Below, one piece after another: positions 9,379-18,934 of a stretch of 46,713 nt of DNA; position 1 is the stretch's first letter, and the number at the start of each line of letters is the position of its first letter. The stretch is taken from assembly GCA_041685955.1 (NCBI GenBank), contig JAWLET010000002.1, forward strand, positions 1-46,713, given 5' to 3'. The DNA comes from Desulfobacteraceae bacterium (GTDB lineage Bacteria > Desulfobacterota > DSM-4660 > Desulfatiglandales > Desulfatiglandaceae). The position numbers and the translations under genes are program-made. The notes beneath the pieces are model-generated. The model ran no database searches. It was not told the DNA's origin and saw only the letters and a program-made list of their open reading frames with translations.

Positions 9379-10521
9379 ATGACTGCGGACGAAATATTGG
9401 ATATGTTGTACAGCACACTTCACACCACGGGTGTGTTCAATTTTCAATGGAACCTCATTATCATGTGGGCCATCGGCTGTTTGTTCATATTTCTGGCCAT
9501 CGCCAAGAAGTATGAACCGCTCCTGTTGCTTCCCATCGGCTTTGGCATTTTTATTGTCAACTTTCCCCTAGTCCCTTTGATGGGCTATTCCCACGGCCAT
9601 CCCCAGTTGCTTCAGGTTTTTTACCATTACGGGCTGGAATGGGAAGTGATCCCCTGTATTATATTCCTGGGTCTGGGCGCCATGACCGATTTTGGTCCCC
9701 TTATCGCCAATCCCAAGACCCTGCTCATCGGGGCAGGGGCCCAATTAGGGGTTTTCATTACCTTTACTGGAACCGTGCTGGTGGGGTTTACCCTGAAGGA
9801 AGCCGCTTCGGTGAGTATTATCGGGGGTGCCGATGGTCCTACCACCATTTATCTGACCCAGCACTTGGCCCCCCAGCTCCTGGGTGCCAATGCACTGGCT
9901 GCCTATTCCTATATGGCCATGGTTCCCCTGATACAACCGCCGATCATGAGGATGATGACCAATCCGGAAGAAAGAAAGATCCGGATGCGCCAGCTGAGGC
10001 CGGTTTCCAGGCAGGAAAAAATCCTTTTTCCACTGGTAACCTCGGGGATCATAGCGCTCTTGGTCCCGGCCGTAATTCCCCTGATGGGCATGTTTATGTT
10101 GGGAAATCTGATGAAGGAGAGCGGGGTGGTAGCCCGATTAACCGATACGGCACAGGGGTCTTTAATGAATATTGTCACCATATTCTTAGGGATTTCGGTA
10201 GGTGCCACCATGCATGCGGATAAGTTTTTAAGCTGGAAGCCCCTGTTTATATTCAGTCTCGGCCTGGTGGATTTTGCGGTGTGTACCATAGGCGGCATTG
10301 TCACCGTCAAAGTGATGAATCTGTTTTTAAAGGAAAAAATCAATCCGCTGGTCGGATCTGCAGGCGTCTCCGCGGTGCCCATGGCCGCACGCGTGTCCCA
10401 GGTGCAGGGGTTGAGGTATGACAAAACCAACCATCTGTTGATGCATGCAGTGGGTCCCAATCTGGCCGGGGTCATCGGCTCGGCCGCGGCTGCGGGCATG
10501 TTTATCGCCATGTTTGATTAG
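9379..10521 (+). CDS. Na+-translocating decarboxylase beta subunit (OadB/MmdB/GcdB family)
   Basis: The ATG at 9379 follows GGTGAGGGTGTAGAG, giving 380 aa. It is polytopic with family blocks MTDFGPLIANPKTLLIGAGAQLG and IIGGADGPTTIYLT. Confidence 0.9.
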   Translation: MTADEILDMLYSTLHTTGVFNFQWNLIIMWAIGCLFIFLAIAKKYEPLLLLPIGFGIFIVNFPLVPLMGYSHGHPQLLQVFYHYGLEWEVIPCIIFLGLGAMTDFGPLIANPKTLLIGAGAQLGVFITFTGTVLVGFTLKEAASVSIIGGADGPTTIYLTQHLAPQLLGANALAAYSYMAMVPLIQPPIMRMMTNPEERKIRMRQLRPVSRQEKILFPLVTSGIIALLVPAVIPLMGMFMLGNLMKESGVVARLTDTAQGSLMNIVTIFLGISVGATMHADKFLSWKPLFIFSLGLVDFAVCTIGGIVTVKVMNLFLKEKINPLVGSAGVSAVPMAARVSQVQGLRYDKTNHLLMHAVGPNLAGVIGSAAAAGMFIAMFD

Positions 10522-10578
10522 AACCGCTTTCCTATAAAACGATCGTGAAGTTAGATGTTTGTTCAAGGGGTTAAGACC

Positions 10579-11040
10579 ATGAAAAAATTCGTTCTGCTCG
10601 TTTTATTTCTGACGCTCGTTCCGGGTTACGCCAATGCGGAGAAGTTCTTGGGCGCTCCTGTCATACCTGAAGGGAAAGTTGCCAAAAAACTGGACGACCG
10701 CCTGGAGTTGAAAACCGACCTGTCGCATGACGAGGTGCTGTCCTATTACAAAGAAGCCTTAGAAGGGTATCAAAATATCAAATTCAGGGACTGGAAAGAT
10801 GCCACTTATATCGAAGATGACGGCAATATGCAGTGGCACTCCATAACCATATCCAAAAAGGACAAAGACGGCGCCAATGTCGTCATCGTTAAGGATAGCT
10901 GGACATGGATCATCGGGACCCTGATTTTACGATATATCGGGGTCTTCATGGTCTTGTTGATTCTGTTTTTGGCCATGAATTTCTCCGGGAAGATTATTTC
11001 AAGCCTGGTGAAGAAATTCGAGACGAAGACTTCGGCATAG
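10579..11040 (+). CDS. Exported protein with a C-terminal OadG-like transmembrane segment (putative decarboxylase gamma/delta-type subunit)
   Basis: The ATG at 10579 follows AAGGGG. There is a Sec-type signal peptide MKKFVLLVLFLTLVPGYANA. A ~100-aa soluble segment is followed by the TM stretch IGTLILRYIGVFMVLLILFLAMNF, which resembles the OadG helix. It lies directly downstream of the beta subunit. Confidence 0.6.
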   Translation: MKKFVLLVLFLTLVPGYANAEKFLGAPVIPEGKVAKKLDDRLELKTDLSHDEVLSYYKEALEGYQNIKFRDWKDATYIEDDGNMQWHSITISKKDKDGANVVIVKDSWTWIIGTLILRYIGVFMVLLILFLAMNFSGKIISSLVKKFETKTSA

Positions 11041-11189
11041 CAGCCCATCCTCCCGACCGGGACACGGTGGTTTTATGCAAAGACCCGGAACCGGTCTTGC
11101 GGCAGAATTTACATGGACACCCATTAAAAGGCCTTTTTTTGGGCCATAATGCGCCTCAGCGGGATTGCGTGGGTTTTCCACTTTGGGCG

Positions 11190-11219
11190 CCAAAAATACC
11201 CCGCTCAAAAAGAGCGGGG
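11190..11219 (-). terminator. Rho-independent terminator after the biotin carrier gene
   Basis: Perfect 8-bp stem CCCCGCTC (11199-11206) / GAGCGGGG (11212-11219) with a 5-nt loop. On the minus strand it is followed by TATTTTTGG (11190-11198). It lies 54 nt downstream of the stop at 11273. Confidence 0.65.
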
Positions 11220-11272
11220 CAGTGGCGTCGCATCAGGGTATAACCTTGGTGAATGGGGCGTCACCAAACCGT

Positions 11273-11485
11273 TCACTCCAGCACAATCAGTACACCGTCA
11301 GCCTCTACGGCGTCCCCTTTACTGCATTTGATTTCTTTTACTGTGCCTGAATCGGTAGCAACGACAGGAAGTTCCATTTTCATGGCCTCGAGGATTACCA
11401 CCTCGTCCCCCTCGTTTACACTTGCACCCGGCTGTACCTTAACCTCAATGACCTTCCCGCCCATGGGGGCTGTTATTTCACTCAC
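11273..11485 (-). CDS. Biotin carboxyl carrier protein (minimal biotinyl domain)
   Basis: 70 aa. The GTG start has GAAGGAGG 8 nt upstream. Biotinylation motif [11 protein letters not shown]. Confidence 0.85.
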   Translation of the reverse strand: MSEITAPMGGKVIEVKVQPGASVNEGDEVVILEAMKMELPVVATDSGTVKEIKCSKGDAVEADGVLIVLE

Positions 11486-11777
11486 AGTTCATTCCTCCTT
11501 CATCTAAGTGATATGGGATGTGGGCGTAACGCGGCTCAATTCCCCGGCCCAAATGGTCAACAGATGTGTTGCGCTGACAGGAAATTTGGTTCTCACGTCA
11601 CCCAACGACCCGGGTTTCAACCAGAATTTTAAACCGAGATCATATAACATTTATTCCCCACATCTTGTCAAGTAAATATCCGGTTTTGTCATTGCACCCT
11701 GCCACCAGGGGGATCAGAGGCCTGAGAAAAGTTGACGGCAATCCGGCAGGAAAAGATCCCGCACGGGGATAGACGCC

Positions 11778-11806
11778 TTGACAGAACCCGTAGGTTCTTC
11801 TATTGT
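11778..11806 (+). promoter_or_regulatory. Candidate sigma70-type promoter upstream of pilC
   Basis: TTGACA (11778-11783), a 17-nt spacer, then TATTGT (11801-11806), ~95 nt upstream of the pilC ATG. Confidence 0.35.
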
Positions 11807-11900
11807 TTTTTAACTTATTCATTAAACTATAAAATACCAAACCGGTGCGTCCCAGGGTTTCCACCCTGGTGAAGGGTCCAAAAAAAATCCAGGAAATAAT

Positions 11901-13109
11901 ATGCCGATTTATAAATGGGTTGCGGAGACAAGGAAGGGAAGAACCATTAAGGGGGAGCTGGAAGCCGTGGACGAGAAGACTGCCCGGATTCAATTGAAAC
12001 GGCGCAGTCTTGAGGTCAAACGGTTAAAGGAAAAACCAAAAGACCTCTTTGAAAATATCGCATTCCTCCAGCCCACGGTAAAGAAAAAAGATATCGTCAT
12101 ATTTACCCGGCAGTTCTCCACCATGATCGATGCCGGCCTGCCCCTGGTCCAGGGGCTCAGCATCCTTGCCGCCCAGACAGAGAACACCACCTTTCGACGG
12201 ATCCTACAAGAGGTGGTCAAGGATGTGGAAGGCGGAGCCAGCCTGGCCGAAGCCATGGGAAAGCATCCCAAGGTATTTAACGATCTCTATGTCAATCTGG
12301 TGGCTGCAGGGGAAGTGGGCGGTATTTTAGACACCATTTTGCAGCGTCTCGCCAATTACATCGAAAAGGCTGAAAAATTGAAGGCCCGAATCAAGAGCGC
12401 CATGACCTACCCCATTATCGTGGTGGCCATTGCCATCGTGGTCATTGCGGTCATCCTGGTCTTTGTTATCCCCGTTTTTGAAGAGATGTTTGCGGATTTC
12501 GGTTCAGCCCTCCCCCTCCCTACCCAGTTGGTGGTAAATATGAGTCGGTTTGTTAAGGGAAATATCCATTATATCATCGGTGTGATGATCCTGTTGGGGT
12601 TGCTGTTTAAATTTTACAGGAATTCGAAGTCAGGGAGAAAGCGCACAGATGCGCTCTCCTTGAAACTTCCCGTATTCGGCCCTTTACTCAAAAAGGTGGC
12701 TGTGGCCAACTTCACCCGGACCCTGGGCACCATGATCAGCAGCGGGGTCCCCATCATCAATGCCCTGGAAATAGTGGCCAAAACATCCGGCAATGTCATT
12801 TTGGAAGAGGTGATTATGGATGTTCGTTCCGGCATTTCTGAAGGACAGCCCATTGCTGAACCGTTGTCGGAGAATGATATATTCCCCAGTATGGTCATCC
12901 AGATGATTTCCGTGGGTGAGGCGACCGGGGCCCTGGACAGCATGCTGGAAAAAATCGCCGACTTCTACGATGACGAGGTGGACACCGCTGTTGAAACGTT
13001 GACCAGCATGCTGGAACCCCTGCTCATGATATTTTTGGGCGGTGCCATTGGGGGCCTGGTCATTTCCATGTACCTGCCCATCTTCAAGATGGCCGCAGCG
13101 CTGGGGTAA
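11901..13109 (+). CDS. pilC: Type IV pilus assembly platform protein PilC (GspF family)
   Basis: 402 aa with two GspF-type repeats (FTRQFSTMIDAGLPLVQGL / FTRTLGTMISSGVPIINAL) and three TM segments. Confidence 0.92.
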   Translation: MPIYKWVAETRKGRTIKGELEAVDEKTARIQLKRRSLEVKRLKEKPKDLFENIAFLQPTVKKKDIVIFTRQFSTMIDAGLPLVQGLSILAAQTENTTFRRILQEVVKDVEGGASLAEAMGKHPKVFNDLYVNLVAAGEVGGILDTILQRLANYIEKAEKLKARIKSAMTYPIIVVAIAIVVIAVILVFVIPVFEEMFADFGSALPLPTQLVVNMSRFVKGNIHYIIGVMILLGLLFKFYRNSKSGRKRTDALSLKLPVFGPLLKKVAVANFTRTLGTMISSGVPIINALEIVAKTSGNVILEEVIMDVRSGISEGQPIAEPLSENDIFPSMVIQMISVGEATGALDSMLEKIADFYDDEVDTAVETLTSMLEPLLMIFLGGAIGGLVISMYLPIFKMAAALG

Positions 13110-13119
13110 GCACGACAAC

Positions 13120-14826
13120 ATGGTGAGCCCGGTATCCAAAACCCCGCCGCCGGAACTTTCCAGGCGCCTTCAGATCCTGATGTTGATCCGGGTCCTGTTT
13201 GTCTCCCTCCTCCTGGGTGCCCTCATATTCATTCAGGCCCGTGAAACCCGGAGTTATTTCGGCGACATTCGCTCGGCCCACTTTTTTCTGCTGGCCACTG
13301 TCTACTTCATCAGCATTATTTATGTGCTGCTGCTGAGACTTTTCAAGAACATTGTTCTTCAGGCCTATGTCCAACTCCTGTTTGATTCCCTTTTCATCAC
13401 TTTGTTCATATACGTCACCGGGGGCATCGACAGCATATTTTCTTTTCTTTATATCCTGAATATCTTTTCCGGAAGCATCCTTCTTTACCGCAAAGGGGGT
13501 ATGATCATTGCGTCCAGCAGCAGCATCCTGTATGGGCTTCTGCTGGACCTTCATTACTACGGGGTAATCCATCCCTTAGGGGCCCATCTGTCTGCATCTT
13601 CAATTCAACCCGCTTACCTGTTTTATACCATTTTCGCCAATATGGCCGGATTTTACTTAGTGGCGTATCTGAGCAGCTATCTCTCCGAGCAGGCCAGGAA
13701 AACCCGTTTTGAACTGCGGGCCAAGCAGGTGGATCTGGACAAACTGGAGGTCCTGAAAGAGAGCATCATCAACAGCATGAACTCAGGACTCATCGTCCTC
13801 AATTGGGAGTATGAAATCATTCTGTTTAATCCTGCGGCGGAGAAGCTGTTCGGGACCCGGGCCACACAGGCGCACGGACAGCCCCTTTACAGCGCCTTCC
13901 CCTTTCTCAAGGAGAGTCTTGTTTTGGAACACCTGGAAACCCTGCACTCTGACGGTCAATCCCCTTACGTAGACATCCCGTACACGGAGCCGAACAAACC
14001 GGTACAGTATCTCCGCCTTTCGGTCTACCCGTTGAAATATGCTTCGGGGGAAGATCAGGGGTATATCCTTGTGTTTCAGGATGTTACCCGGATCCGAGAA
14101 GTGGAAGACCGGATGAAAACAGCAGAAGGTCTGGCCATGGTGGGGGAGCTTGCTGCAGGGATTGCGCATGAAGTCAGGAATCCCATGGCTTCCATCAGTG
14201 GATCCATCGAAATGTTGAAGGAAGGGATCAAACTCGATGATGTAAACAGACGCCTTATGGATATCGTATCCAGAGAGATTGACCGTCTGGATCATCTTAT
14301 CAACGATTTTTTAGGATTCGCCAGACCCAGGACGACAACCCTGAAGACATTTGATCTGAATCAGCTTATTTTGGAATCTCTGGAACTTATTCAGAAAGAT
14401 CAACAATGGGGGAAGGAAATAAACATTATTACGGAGCTTCAAGACCCATTGGAAATTGAATCCGACCCATATCAGGTCAGACAGATACTGTGGAATCTCT
14501 TCTTAAACGCAAAAGAGGCCATGGGCGATGCCGGATCTCTGCAGGTCACCACCATAACCGGAGGGAAGCCTACTGAAAAAGAGGGGGAATGGGCCAGGAT
14601 AGTGATCCGGGATTCTGGAAAAGGATTCGCCGAAAATCAAATTTCATACTTTTTCAAACCCTTTTCCACCACCAAGAAAGAGGGGAGCGGCCTGGGCCTG
14701 GCGACGGTCAAAAGGACCACCGAGCTTCTCCAGGGCGAAGTTTCAGCCAAGAACCTTCCCCGGGGAGGGGCCGAGATTACGGTACGCCTGCCCATGGTCC
14801 CGGCCCCCATTCACTTACGATCATAA
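13120..14826 (+). CDS. pilS: PilS-type sensor histidine kinase (multi-TM N-terminus, PAS, HisKA, HATPase)
   Basis: The ATG at 13120 lies 10 nt after the pilC stop. About 6 N-terminal TM helices are followed by a PAS-like region. H-box AAGIAHEVRNPMASISG and ATPase G-boxes DSGKGF and GSGLGLATV are present. Confidence 0.85.
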   Translation: MVSPVSKTPPPELSRRLQILMLIRVLFVSLLLGALIFIQARETRSYFGDIRSAHFFLLATVYFISIIYVLLLRLFKNIVLQAYVQLLFDSLFITLFIYVTGGIDSIFSFLYILNIFSGSILLYRKGGMIIASSSSILYGLLLDLHYYGVIHPLGAHLSASSIQPAYLFYTIFANMAGFYLVAYLSSYLSEQARKTRFELRAKQVDLDKLEVLKESIINSMNSGLIVLNWEYEIILFNPAAEKLFGTRATQAHGQPLYSAFPFLKESLVLEHLETLHSDGQSPYVDIPYTEPNKPVQYLRLSVYPLKYASGEDQGYILVFQDVTRIREVEDRMKTAEGLAMVGELAAGIAHEVRNPMASISGSIEMLKEGIKLDDVNRRLMDIVSREIDRLDHLINDFLGFARPRTTTLKTFDLNQLILESLELIQKDQQWGKEINIITELQDPLEIESDPYQVRQILWNLFLNAKEAMGDAGSLQVTTITGGKPTEKEGEWARIVIRDSGKGFAENQISYFFKPFSTTKKEGSGLGLATVKRTTELLQGEVSAKNLPRGGAEITVRLPMVPAPIHLRS

Positions 14827-14841
14827 GGTCGACGGTAAGAC

Positions 14842-17358
14842 ATGACTCTCTTAAATGAAGCCTGGTTTTCCAACATAAGACGTCCCAGTCGATACTTGGG
14901 GGGCGAAATCAATGCCATTAGAAAGGATCCGGCCCGAACAGAGGTCCTGGTGGCCCTCCTGTTCCCGGATATCTATGAGGTGGGAATGTCTCATCTGGGG
15001 CTGAAAATTCTTTATCACCTCCTCAACAGCCAGGGCTGGCTGGCCGCTGAACGGGCCTTTTCCCCTGGGGTCGATTTGGAGGCTGAGATGCAGGACCGGC
15101 GGATTCCCCTGAGCACGCTGGAGTCGGGTCGACCCCTGTCCGCATTTGATGTGCTGGGGTTCAGCCTTCAACATGAACTGTGTTATACCAACGTTCTCAA
15201 TATGTTAGACCTTGCAGGCGTTCCCTTTTACAGCAGGGAAAGGCAGAATGATTTTCCCCTGGTCATTGCTGGAGGGCCTGCATGTTTTAATCCGGAACCG
15301 GTCGCGGATTTTTTTGATCTCATGGTCATAGGGGACGGGGAGGCCCCTTTTCTGGAAATTTGCAAACGGATCCGCAAAGCCAAGAGAGCGCATCGGGCCG
15401 ATAAAAGGCGACTGCTCCTGGAACTGCGCCACATCAGCGGGGTGTATGTGCCGTCTTTTTTTGGTGTACACTATCATGGGGACGGCCGCATTCAACACAT
15501 TGAACCCGTCCTTTCCGATTACCGCAAGGTGAGGCGATCCATTCTTCCGGATATCGACCTTTACCCCTATCCCGAGCGTCAGATTGTCCCCTTTACTGAA
15601 CTGGTGCACGACCGTATCTCTGTGGAGATATCCAGGGGGTGTACCCGGGGATGCCGGTTCTGCCAGGCCGGGATGATCTATCGGCCGGTACGGGAGCGAA
15701 GCCTCCAATCCATCATGGAGAAGGCCGAGCAGGCATTAAAGCTTACCGGATATGATGAGCTGTCCCTCCTCTCTCTGAGTTCCGGAGATTACAGTGCCAT
15801 TGTCCCCCTTTTACAGGGTCTTATGGATCGACAGGCCCCCATGAATATCGGCGTGAGCCTCCCTTCTCTGCGGGTGGATACCTTGGCCCCTTCGGTCATA
15901 CAGCAAATTAATCGGGTAAGAAAAACCGGGTTTACCTTGGCTCCGGAGGCGGGAAACGATCGCCTCAGACGTGTCATTAACAAGGGATTCACCCAAGAAG
16001 ACATCCTTCATACCGCACAGGTGGTGTACGCAGCCGGGTGGAAACTGATCAAACTTTACTTTATGATCGGACTTCCCTGGGAAGCAGAAAAAGACCTGCG
16101 GGATATTGTCCACCTGGTAAAACGGATTTCCGCGCTTTCAGGGAAAAAGGGCAAAAGACCCAATCTCAACGTGGGCATCTCCACCTTTGTGCCCAAATCC
16201 CATACCCCGTTTATGTGGCAGGCCCAGGTTTCGCTGGAGGAGAGCCGTAGGCGGATACGGCTCGTTCAGGACGGTCTGAAGGGATCACGGGTGAAGATCA
16301 AATGGAACCAGCCTGAGTTGAGCTGGCTGGAGGGGGTATTCGCCAGGGGAGACAGAAGGCTGAGCCGAACCCTTAAAAGAGCATGGAGCCGAGGGGCGAG
16401 ATTCGATTCATGGGGGGAGCATTTCAATATGAGGATCTGGGAGGAGGCCTTTTTAAGCACAGGCCTAAACCCTGATTTCTATTTGACCAGGGAAAGGGCT
16501 TTTACGGAAATCCTGCCCTGGGACCATATCGATTCAGGGGTGAAAAAGACATTTTTCATTGAGGAATGGGAGCGGGCTAAAACCGAACAAGTCTCCCCGG
16601 ACTGTAGACACAAGTGCCTTGATTGCGGGGTATGTGATCATAAGCGTGTAGCTCCGGTCCTTCTTTCGGACAGCAATCCCTTGCCTGCTCCATCTCCAAA
16701 AAATACGAATCAGGACCCGGATGTTTCACGGTACCGTTTGACCTTCACAAAACTGAACCGCATGAGGCACCTTTCACACCTGGAACTTTTACGCGTATTT
16801 ACCCGGGCCTTCAGGCGGGCCGGGTTGAACCTGGCCCATTCCAAAGGATATCATCCCATGCCCAAAATTTCGTTTTTTTCGTCCCTCTCGGTGGGGACCC
16901 AAAGTCTTCATGAGGCCATGGAGATTGAACTGTTATCAAAACCAGCACCCTCAAGATTGAAAGAACGGATCGGTCGTGAACTCCCCAAAGGAATCGACTT
17001 GGTCCATGTGGAACCGGTTCTCCCGGGCCGGAAAAAGGTCCGGTTGAAAGAAAGTGAATACACCATCACCCTCGGACAGCCCGGATTTAATGAGAAACCA
17101 TTGCGGGAATTTTTACAGTCAGAGCGGTTTCCTATTGTCAAAATGAGTAAAAAAGGGGAACATGAGATCGACGCGCGGTCCCTGGTGAAATCCATGGCCA
17201 TTGATTCACCCACCACCCTGCATCTGCGCATTCTTGAAATCCGGCCCGGGGGAGGCCCGGGACTGAAACCAACGGAAATTGTACGCCATATCTTTGGTCT
17301 TCAGGAGGATGAAATGCTCAATATGACCATATTAAAAACCGAGCAAGTCCTGGAGTAA
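14842..17358 (+). CDS. B12-domain radical SAM protein (TIGR03960-like) fused to a DUF2344/TIGR03936-like C-terminal domain
   Basis: 838 aa. Canonical CX3CX2C motif CTRGCRFCQAG at nt 15640-15663. The C-terminal ~210 aa (from ~16725) read RYRLTFTKLNRMRHLSHLELLRVFTRAFRRAGLNLAHSKGYHPMPKISF, which is typical of the radical-SAM-linked DUF2344 family. Confidence 0.85.
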   Translation: MTLLNEAWFSNIRRPSRYLGGEINAIRKDPARTEVLVALLFPDIYEVGMSHLGLKILYHLLNSQGWLAAERAFSPGVDLEAEMQDRRIPLSTLESGRPLSAFDVLGFSLQHELCYTNVLNMLDLAGVPFYSRERQNDFPLVIAGGPACFNPEPVADFFDLMVIGDGEAPFLEICKRIRKAKRAHRADKRRLLLELRHISGVYVPSFFGVHYHGDGRIQHIEPVLSDYRKVRRSILPDIDLYPYPERQIVPFTELVHDRISVEISRGCTRGCRFCQAGMIYRPVRERSLQSIMEKAEQALKLTGYDELSLLSLSSGDYSAIVPLLQGLMDRQAPMNIGVSLPSLRVDTLAPSVIQQINRVRKTGFTLAPEAGNDRLRRVINKGFTQEDILHTAQVVYAAGWKLIKLYFMIGLPWEAEKDLRDIVHLVKRISALSGKKGKRPNLNVGISTFVPKSHTPFMWQAQVSLEESRRRIRLVQDGLKGSRVKIKWNQPELSWLEGVFARGDRRLSRTLKRAWSRGARFDSWGEHFNMRIWEEAFLSTGLNPDFYLTRERAFTEILPWDHIDSGVKKTFFIEEWERAKTEQVSPDCRHKCLDCGVCDHKRVAPVLLSDSNPLPAPSPKNTNQDPDVSRYRLTFTKLNRMRHLSHLELLRVFTRAFRRAGLNLAHSKGYHPMPKISFFSSLSVGTQSLHEAMEIELLSKPAPSRLKERIGRELPKGIDLVHVEPVLPGRKKVRLKESEYTITLGQPGFNEKPLREFLQSERFPIVKMSKKGEHEIDARSLVKSMAIDSPTTLHLRILEIRPGGGPGLKPTEIVRHIFGLQEDEMLNMTILKTEQVLE

Positions 17359-17380
17359 AGAGGACCGAGGAGATTGTCCC

Positions 17381-18934
17381 ATGTCCAGCGAACTGATCAT
17401 TAATTCCAGGCCATATGAAACTCGGGTGGCCCTTGTGGAGAACGGCGTGGTGGTGGAACTTCATGTGGAGCGGGACACGGGGCAGGAATTGACAGGGAAT
17501 ATATACCGGGGACGGGTGGTGAGGGTGCTGCCGGGGATGCAGGCCGCGTTTGTGGACATCGGGCTTGAGCGGACCGCCTTCCTTTATGTATCAGATGTGT
17601 ACAAGGATTTCTCTGACATGGAACAGATGATGCTCGAAACGAGCGGGGTCAGCCAGGAATACAGAATTGTCGACGCCGAAAGTCCAAAGGGGGATCGATT
17701 CGAAAGTGATCCTTTTTTGATCGAAGACCTTCTCCATGAGGGACAGAGCATTTTGGTCCAGGTGGCCAAGGAACCCATCGGCAATAAGGGGGCCCGGTTA
17801 ACGTCTCACATATCGCTCCCCGGAAGACATCTGGTGTTGATGCCTACCGTCAATCACATCGGTGTGTCTCGACGCATAGAGGATCGCGATGAGCGGGAGC
17901 GGCTCAAATCCATCATTCGGGAGATTCGGCCCCTGCCCATCGGCTTTATTGTAAGGACAGTAGGGGAAGACGGTTCCAAGGAGAAGTTTCAGGCTGAAAT
18001 GGACTTTCTTATCAAGCTCTGGGAAAATATTGAGACCAAGATGGGAAAAGGCACAAATCCCGCTTTGTTATACAAGGATCTGTCCATCTCCCTGCGGGCG
18101 GTCAGAGATCTTTTCACCCGGGAGGTGGATCGCCTGATTATCGATTCCGAAGACGAATACGAAAGCATCATGGACTTTATCAAGACCTTCGCCCCCAGGT
18201 TGAAGTACTCAGTGGAGTTGTATGAGGGTCGCGATCCCATCTTCGATGCATTCGGGATCGAAATAGAAATCTCCCGTGCCCTGGGAAAAAAGATATGGCT
18301 GAAATCCGGGGGGTATATCGTCATTGAAGATACTGAAGCGCTCACTTCCATCGATGTGAACACGGGAAGCTACGTGGGAAAACGAAATCTGGAAGAAACC
18401 ATCGTAAAGACCAACCTGGAAGCGGTCAGGGAAATAGCCTATCAACTCCGATTCAGGAATATCGGAGGCCTTATTGTTATCGATTTCATCGACATGGAAA
18501 AAATGTCCAACCGGGAACGGGTGGCCAACGCACTCAGGGCGGCCATGAGCAAGGATAAAGCGAAGTCCAATATCCTCGAAATGTCGGATATGGGGCTCAT
18601 CGAGATGACCCGAAAGCGGACCCGGGCCAGTTTGAATCGGTTGCTGACGGAGCCCTGTTTTTACTGTGAAGGGCGGAGCAATCTGAAGTCCCCCAAAACC
18701 ATCTGCTATGAAATATTCAGGGATCTTGAAAGGGAATTTACACCTCCCGCCCTCGGTTCCGCTGAAGGCGGGAAAGGGGGGCACGTCCGTATCCTGGTCC
18801 ACCCTGAAATCGACAATGTCCTTCGGGAAGAGGAACAAAGATGGGTGATTGATCTGGAAAAACGGTTGGGGAAACGGATTATGATCATTGGAAAAAAAGA
18901 CTTTCACCTGGAGCAATATGAACTCAGCCCTTAA
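17381..18934 (+). CDS. rng: Ribonuclease G (Rne/Rng family)
   Basis: 517 aa. It has an N-terminal S1-like domain (GNIYRGRVVRVLPGMQAAFVDIG) and a catalytic core (TEALTSIDVNTG, GGLIVIDFIDM). GAGGAG lies 8 nt upstream of the start. Confidence 0.9.
   Translation: MSSELIINSRPYETRVALVENGVVVELHVERDTGQELTGNIYRGRVVRVLPGMQAAFVDIGLERTAFLYVSDVYKDFSDMEQMMLETSGVSQEYRIVDAESPKGDRFESDPFLIEDLLHEGQSILVQVAKEPIGNKGARLTSHISLPGRHLVLMPTVNHIGVSRRIEDRDERERLKSIIREIRPLPIGFIVRTVGEDGSKEKFQAEMDFLIKLWENIETKMGKGTNPALLYKDLSISLRAVRDLFTREVDRLIIDSEDEYESIMDFIKTFAPRLKYSVELYEGRDPIFDAFGIEIEISRALGKKIWLKSGGYIVIEDTEALTSIDVNTGSYVGKRNLEETIVKTNLEAVREIAYQLRFRNIGGLIVIDFIDMEKMSNRERVANALRAAMSKDKAKSNILEMSDMGLIEMTRKRTRASLNRLLTEPCFYCEGRSNLKSPKTICYEIFRDLEREFTPPALGSAEGGKGGHVRILVHPEIDNVLREEEQRWVIDLEKRLGKRIMIIGKKDFHLEQYELSP

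Noticed and set aside
11130-11145. AAAAGGCCTTTTTTTGGGCC as a terminator for the OadG-like gene
   Set aside because: Only a 4-bp GGCC/GGCC stem can form. The T-run looks terminator-like but the hairpin is too weak to support a call.
11681-11696. Sigma54-like element CGGTTTTGTCATTGCA upstream of pilC
   Set aside because: Only the GG-N10-GC core and the TTGCA half match. The -24 half lacks TGGCAC. It lies ~200 nt from the start and no enhancer-binding protein gene is nearby. It is too weak to call.
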